This document shows, piece after piece, positions 61,603 to 64,000 of a DNA stretch of 64,000 nucleotides. The notes beneath the pieces were generated by a model that saw only the letters and a program-made list of their open reading frames with translations, did no database searches and had not been told where the DNA came from. The translations under genes and the position numbers were made by a program. The stretch's first letter is position 1. Each line of letters begins with the position of its first letter. The stretch is taken from NCBI GenBank assembly GCA_963843575.1, contig CAWJKZ010000019.1, positions 96,001 to 160,000 on the forward strand. Reading direction: 5' to 3'. The DNA comes from an uncultured Acidobacteriota bacterium (GTDB lineage: Bacteria; Acidobacteriota; UBA6911).

Positions 61603-61612
61603 GCCTCCGCCC

Positions 61613-63675
<2,063 letters not shown>

Positions 63676-63695
63676 GCTGTAAGCTTAACAGCAGG

Positions 63696-63881
63696 AGCCG
63701 GAAGCCCCAAGGCGGAAGCCGGAAGCCCGAAGCCGGACCAGCCGGGCATCGAGGCTCAGGGCTCCCGTGCGCGCCGATCCCCCGGGCCCGCGCGCATCAC
63801 GCGTGGATCGGAATCCCCGAGCCGGCAGTTCAAGTTCGGCTTCGGGGCTCCCGGCTTCCGTCTCCCGGCTTCCGTCTCCCG
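63696..63881. repeat. heptamer-based inverted repeat tract overlapping the queF 3' end
   Basis: GCCGGAAGCCCCAAGGCGGAAGCCGGAAGCCCGAAGCC ... GGCTTCGGGGCTCCCGGCTTCCGTCTCCCGGCTTCCGTCTCCCG. Confidence 0.7.
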
Positions 63882-64000
63882 ATTTTTGGCTGCTTCGACG
63901 ATGCTGCGGAGGCCTCCCCGCGGGGTAAACTCGCCACGCACCTTCATTTCCACGGGCTGGCAGGCGTCGACGAGGTCCCTCAGGATGCGGTTGACGGCGT
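63756..64000 (-). CDS. queF: 7-cyano-7-deazaguanine (preQ0) reductase, C-terminal part (5' end outside window)
   Basis: AVNRILRDLVDACQPVEMKVRGEFTPRGG matches the QueF C-terminal (F/Y)xPRGG motif. Confidence 0.75.
   Translation of the reverse strand, partial: AVNRILRDLVDACQPVEMKVRGEFTPRGGLRSIVEAAKNRETEAGRRKPGAPKPNLNCRLGDSDPRVMRAGPGDRRAREP

Overview
64 kb of high-GC bacterial chromosome, mostly housekeeping and metabolic genes; the gene set looks Acidobacteriota-like, but that is inference only. Genes include addA-like, rlmN-like, sodC, glgP, nupC, clpX-like, ldcA, spmAB, hppA, a sugar ABC operon, mscL, a two-component system, a GT2, dacB, a diguanylate cyclase, alaX, thrC, hslVU, transaldolase, a propionyl-CoA-carboxylase-type trio, an NTT-HEAT-cNMP fusion, folC, accD and queF. 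Many genes are broken by single-base indels clustered at about 0.3-0.7, 5.7, 19-20, 22, 29.6-33.6, 37.7-43 and 61.6-63.4 kb, while 43.7-61.6 kb is clean. This pattern fits long-read consensus error better than pseudogenisation. No rRNA, tRNA, CRISPR array, transposase or prophage was seen. Best leads: (1) a secreted-type, His/Cys-containing small ORF ending in an RAPP ribosome-arrest motif, followed by a switchable hairpin and an orphan exbD; (2) a mosaic REP/REPIN system of two families plus a connector motif, with conserved arms and a hypervariable 25-29 nt core, nested at one locus and recruited into the folC C-terminus; (3) heptamer (CCGGAAG) repeat tracts that invade gene 3' ends; (4) a structured ~170 nt leader ahead of an uncharacterised helical ORF and a ClpX paralogue lacking its zinc-binding domain; (5) spmAB divergent from ldcA; (6) the NTT-HEAT-2xcNMP fusion.
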